Origin: Deinococcales bacterium
Lineage (GTDB): Bacteria; Deinococcota; Deinococci; Deinococcales; JAAFIG01
Reading direction: 5' to 3'
DNA length: 64,000 nt
Assembly: GCA_043778225.1 (NCBI GenBank)
Contig: JAYWGM010000052.1
Span: forward strand, 22,955 to 86,954
Under the pieces are notes generated by a model. The model saw only the letters and a program-made list of their open reading frames with translations. It had not been told where the DNA came from and made no database searches. The position numbers were made by a program, and so were the translations under genes. This document shows, one piece after another, positions 60,726-64,000 of the stretch. Within the stretch, counting starts at the first letter, position 1. The number at the start of each line of letters is the position of its first letter.

Positions 60726-60944
60726 TAGACCTCTTGCATAAGTCCGAATCATTCATTTTTAGCACGGCGAACACTTCTTGACCATAAACTCGCACCTAAC
60801 GGGCATGGTCGCTTCTTGACCATAAACTCGCACCTAACGGGCATGGTCGCAAGGTTCGCGCTCTACAAAAATCGATTGTCTATAGGGGTGTTGCTTGTCA
60901 TCATCCTGTTTTCAGCGATGGAAATTATTTATGCAAGAGGTTTA
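60726..60944. mobile_element. MITE-like element with terminal inverted repeats, containing a REP pair and a tandem dimer of the 38-bp mini-element (60775-60850)
   Basis: TAGACCTCTTGCATAA ... TTATGCAAGAGGTTTA (15/16 match); GGCGAACAC[38][38]AAGGTTCGCGCTCTAC. Confidence 0.7.
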
Positions 60945-61006
60945 ATTACGAAGAGCTTTGGCTTTATCGTGCAAACACAACCCAATTTTGATTAGAATAG
61001 CCAGAC

Positions 61007-62965
61007 ATGAAGACCTCTTCTCAAATGCGCCCGAACATTCCTTTGGCAATCGTGGCGGTGTTGGCTGCGTTCTCGAGTTTTGTGTTGCCTTTTGCAACCA
61101 TCACCCGCGCTTTTGGTGGTCAAGCGGCAATTTTGGTACATCCAAACACGATTGTGGATTTTACGGGTTTTTTGCCAAAATCCATGCCCGATTTCTCGAG
61201 TACCAGCTTATTAATTTGGCTGACGTTGGCAGCCCTTTTGGTCACGGCTGGCTTGGCGTGGTTTGCACCCAAACTGGTCTGGCTTGGTGGAGCGCTGACG
61301 GCTGTCTTGGTGGTCTCGAGTTTTGTGGTTTATGCCATGACTTTAGATGCCGTTCATGCACCACTTTTAGCCAATGGCACAGCTTACCGGCGTTTGCCAT
61401 TTGTTAATTTTGGACCTTCGCTGTGGGCATTTTTGGCATTTTTTACGGGCATTGGCGCAATTGTCTCGAGCCTACGCAGTGCAGGGCGTTTGTCGGATTT
61501 TTTTCGTGGCATAACTGGCGTGGTGATTCCAGCCATTTCAATTTTACTGGCATTGATTGTTTGCGGGGTGCTGATTTTACTGTTGCAAGTGCCACCAGGA
61601 CTCGAGAAAGTGCCAGCCAGTCTGATGCGCGATTGGTTAGCTCGAGCCGATTTACTCTGGTTTAGTTACAGTATGCTGTTTGGTTCGATTCTGCCCAAGT
61701 TCCGCCCGACCCTTGATTTTGCACCCGTCTGGCAGAGTTTATCTCTGGCTACACCACTTATTTTTACGGGCTTAGGATTGGCGTTTGGTTTTCGGACTGG
61801 TCTTTTTAACATTGGTGCGCCCGGGCAAGTGATTATGGGCGGAATTTTTTGCGCGGCAGTTGGTATTTATCTTCCAGGTCCTTGGTTTATTATCGCGCCG
61901 CTTTGTGTGATTGCGGCGGCAGTTGGTGGTGGGCTTTGGGGTGCATTGCCGGGTTGGCTCAAAGGTCGTTTTGGCGCGTCCGAGGTAATCAATACGATTA
62001 TGCTCAATAACATTGCCAGTGGTGTTTTGGTTTTTTTAATTGGTTCAAACCAAGCCAGTTTTTTTGGTAGCACTGTCAATCTGCCATTCAAAGCCGAAGG
62101 TGGCGAAGCCAGCAGCCTCGACTTTGGCACTGGAGCGCGACTTTCTAACATCACTGAGCCATTTGGCTTTGCTCGAGACGGTTCTAATTTTATGGCATTG
62201 CCCGTACCATTTTTATTGCTTGGGCTAATTCTTGGTTTTGCTTTTTCCAAAGGCAGTCTGCAAACTCGAGGCATCAGTGCTGGCATTGGCGCGGTGCTTG
62301 GGCTGGTGCTTGGTTTTATCTTGCGTGAAATTCCAGTCACGGGGGCAATGCAGACAGCCGCCTTAAACTTAGCTTTTGTGATTGCGATTTTGGCAGCTGG
62401 TTTTGTGGGTGTGTTTTTGTGGCGTACCAAATGGGGTTTCGAGCTTCGAGCGGTTGGTTTAAGCCCCAAAGCTGCCGAGTATGGCGGGGTCAATATCGCT
62501 AAAAATACCGTCTTGGCGATGGCAATTTCTGGCGCACTCTGCGGCTTAGCCGCGACCCATTTTACGATGGGTGGCGCTTTGGCAGAGTACCGCTTAAAAC
62601 AATCTATTCCAGCCGATAGCGTTGGTTTTGGTGGTATCACGGTGGCGTTGCTTGGACAAAATACCCCCGTCGGTGTGGTTGCCTCGAGTATTTTATTTGG
62701 CGTGCTTGGCACAGGTGGGCTGCGCCTTGACCAAGCCCTAGATGATATTTCTCGAGAAATTGTAACGGTGCTGCAAGCCCTGATTGTGCTGTTTATTGCC
62801 ACCCAAGGCTTTTTGAGCGGTGATTTTTTACGCAGCATCAATAACATTAAAAAACCTGAGCCACCAAAAAAAGACCACACCACACCAGACTCGAGCCACG
62901 CCGCTACAGACTCGAGCCACGCCGCCCCAGACTCGAGCCACGCCAAAAAAGAAGGTGACGCATAA
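61007..62965 (+). CDS. Nucleoside/simple-sugar ABC permease (NupB-like) with N-terminal extension
   Basis: PLIFTGLG, LFNIGAPGQ, SEVINTIMLN, GFELRAVG. Confidence 0.88.
   Translation: MKTSSQMRPNIPLAIVAVLAAFSSFVLPFATITRAFGGQAAILVHPNTIVDFTGFLPKSMPDFSSTSLLIWLTLAALLVTAGLAWFAPKLVWLGGALTAVLVVSSFVVYAMTLDAVHAPLLANGTAYRRLPFVNFGPSLWAFLAFFTGIGAIVSSLRSAGRLSDFFRGITGVVIPAISILLALIVCGVLILLLQVPPGLEKVPASLMRDWLARADLLWFSYSMLFGSILPKFRPTLDFAPVWQSLSLATPLIFTGLGLAFGFRTGLFNIGAPGQVIMGGIFCAAVGIYLPGPWFIIAPLCVIAAAVGGGLWGALPGWLKGRFGASEVINTIMLNNIASGVLVFLIGSNQASFFGSTVNLPFKAEGGEASSLDFGTGARLSNITEPFGFARDGSNFMALPVPFLLLGLILGFAFSKGSLQTRGISAGIGAVLGLVLGFILREIPVTGAMQTAALNLAFVIAILAAGFVGVFLWRTKWGFELRAVGLSPKAAEYGGVNIAKNTVLAMAISGALCGLAATHFTMGGALAEYRLKQSIPADSVGFGGITVALLGQNTPVGVVASSILFGVLGTGGLRLDQALDDISREIVTVLQALIVLFIATQGFLSGDFLRSINNIKKPEPPKKDHTTPDSSHAATDSSHAAPDSSHAKKEGDA
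62886..62944 (+). repeat. In-frame 21-bp triplet repeat carrying CTCGAG
   Basis: CAGACTCGAGCCACGCC(GCTA/GCCC) x3, encoding DSSHA(A) repeats. Confidence 0.9.
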
Positions 62966-63891
62966 TGGACATCGCCGTAATTATGGTCGTACTTGCCACA
63001 ACCATCCGCAGCACCACACCTTTACTTTTTGCCGCCCTTGGCGGGATGTACTCTGAACGTTCTGGCGTGGTCAATATCGCGCTTGAAGGCATCATGCTGT
63101 TTGGGGCATTGACGGCTGCGATTGTGGCACAGCAACTCGAAGCCCCTCTTTTGGCAGCCAATCCGGGCATCACCATCTGGTGGACAGCTTGGGCGGGTGT
63201 TTTTGCCGCCATGGTCGTCGGGGCATTGGTCGGTTGGGTTCACGCTGTTGTCAGTATTAAATACAAAGCCGACCAAGTGATTAGTGGTACAGCCATTAAC
63301 CTGATGGCATTGGGTTTGCCAGCCGTGGTGCTGCAATTTTTTTACAACAATACCTCCGACTCCGAAAAAGTCCAGAATTCTTTGCCACTGTGGGGTCTCG
63401 AGGGATTTTCTTTTTCGCCCCTGACTTATATTTCGTTTTTACTTGTGCCGATTACGGCATACATTATTTACCGAACCCCTTTTGGTCTGCGTTTACGGGC
63501 AGTTGGCGAAGCTCCACAAGCGGCAGCCAGTGTTGGGGTCAATGTTTTTAGAACCCGTTATGCTGCCGTGATTATTTCTGGGATATTGGCAGCTTTGGCG
63601 GGGGCATTTTTAAGCATTGGCAACCTCGATGGTTTTAACCGAGGCATGAGCGCTGGGCAAGGTTTTATTGCTTTGGCTGCCCTGATTTTTGGGCGTTATC
63701 AGCCGTGGCAAGTGATGGGGGCGTGTCTGCTTTTTGGATTTTTCCGTGCGCTTGCTATTCGTTTAGGCGGCGATAACATTCTGCCCAGTGCCTTGGTGGA
63801 TAACCTGCCGTTTATCATCACCATGTTTGTGCTGGCTGGCTTTATCGGCAAGGCTCGAGCGCCAAAAGCGATTGGTAAACCGTATCCGTAA
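62965..63891 (+). CDS. Nucleoside/simple-sugar ABC permease (NupC-like)
   Basis: SERSGVVNIALEG, DQVISG, GLRLRAVGE, GFIALAALIFG. Confidence 0.9.
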   Translation: MDIAVIMVVLATTIRSTTPLLFAALGGMYSERSGVVNIALEGIMLFGALTAAIVAQQLEAPLLAANPGITIWWTAWAGVFAAMVVGALVGWVHAVVSIKYKADQVISGTAINLMALGLPAVVLQFFYNNTSDSEKVQNSLPLWGLEGFSFSPLTYISFLLVPITAYIIYRTPFGLRLRAVGEAPQAAASVGVNVFRTRYAAVIISGILAALAGAFLSIGNLDGFNRGMSAGQGFIALAALIFGRYQPWQVMGACLLFGFFRALAIRLGGDNILPSALVDNLPFIITMFVLAGFIGKARAPKAIGKPYP

Positions 63892-64000
63892 TGAGTTTTA
63901 TCATACCAAATTAAGGTAAAGAATCGCTTTTTGATTCTTTACCCGACCAACGGGAGTATTAACGATACCGAATTTAACGCGAGAACGGCAGTTTGCCGTT

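Noticed and set aside
60775..60850. 38-bp repeats as a CRISPR array
   Set aside because: Copies are directly adjacent with no spacer, other copies diverge internally and sit in REPs, and no cas genes are present in the window
61867..62946. 359-aa antisense ORF (likewise 24476-25255, 36337-37074, 59898-60521 and similar)
   Set aside because: Shadow ORFs opposite well-supported genes, with no recognisable motifs
1..64000. CTCGAG abundance as a cloning or assembly artefact
   Set aside because: Sites lie in frame within intact conserved genes without disrupting motifs, and are sparser in apparently foreign genes

Overview
Gene-dense chromosomal window from a Deinococcota bacterium. The assignment rests on a clear Nqo15 homolog and on many apparently leaderless genes with TANNNT 6-8 nt before the start codon. 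Housekeeping and metabolic genes include leuB, kynU, asd, lysC, galK, rnj, ddl, ilvA, khpA-rimM-trmD, gyrB and topA. There is a Liv-type ABC operon and a nucleoside-type ABC permease pair. Accessory content includes four TA pairs plus an orphan antitoxin, an AAA-ATPase/DUF4276-like pair, a STAND-SARP regulator with a lipoprotein target, an ECF sigma/anti-sigma pair and a secreted vanadium haloperoxidase-like protein. The most striking signals are at the DNA level. (1) The palindrome CTCGAG is enormously over-represented in all reading frames, like cyanobacterial HIP1, while GATC and GGCC are strongly avoided. (2) A 38-bp hairpin mini-element occurs four times, always inserted inside GTAG-type REP palindromes; at one site it is a tandem dimer nested inside a MITE-like inverted repeat. 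(3) An unannotated leaderless Thr-rich leader peptide with a terminator (attenuator) precedes asd. No rRNA, tRNA, CRISPR array or transposase was recognised. All counts are by hand and no database searches were run.
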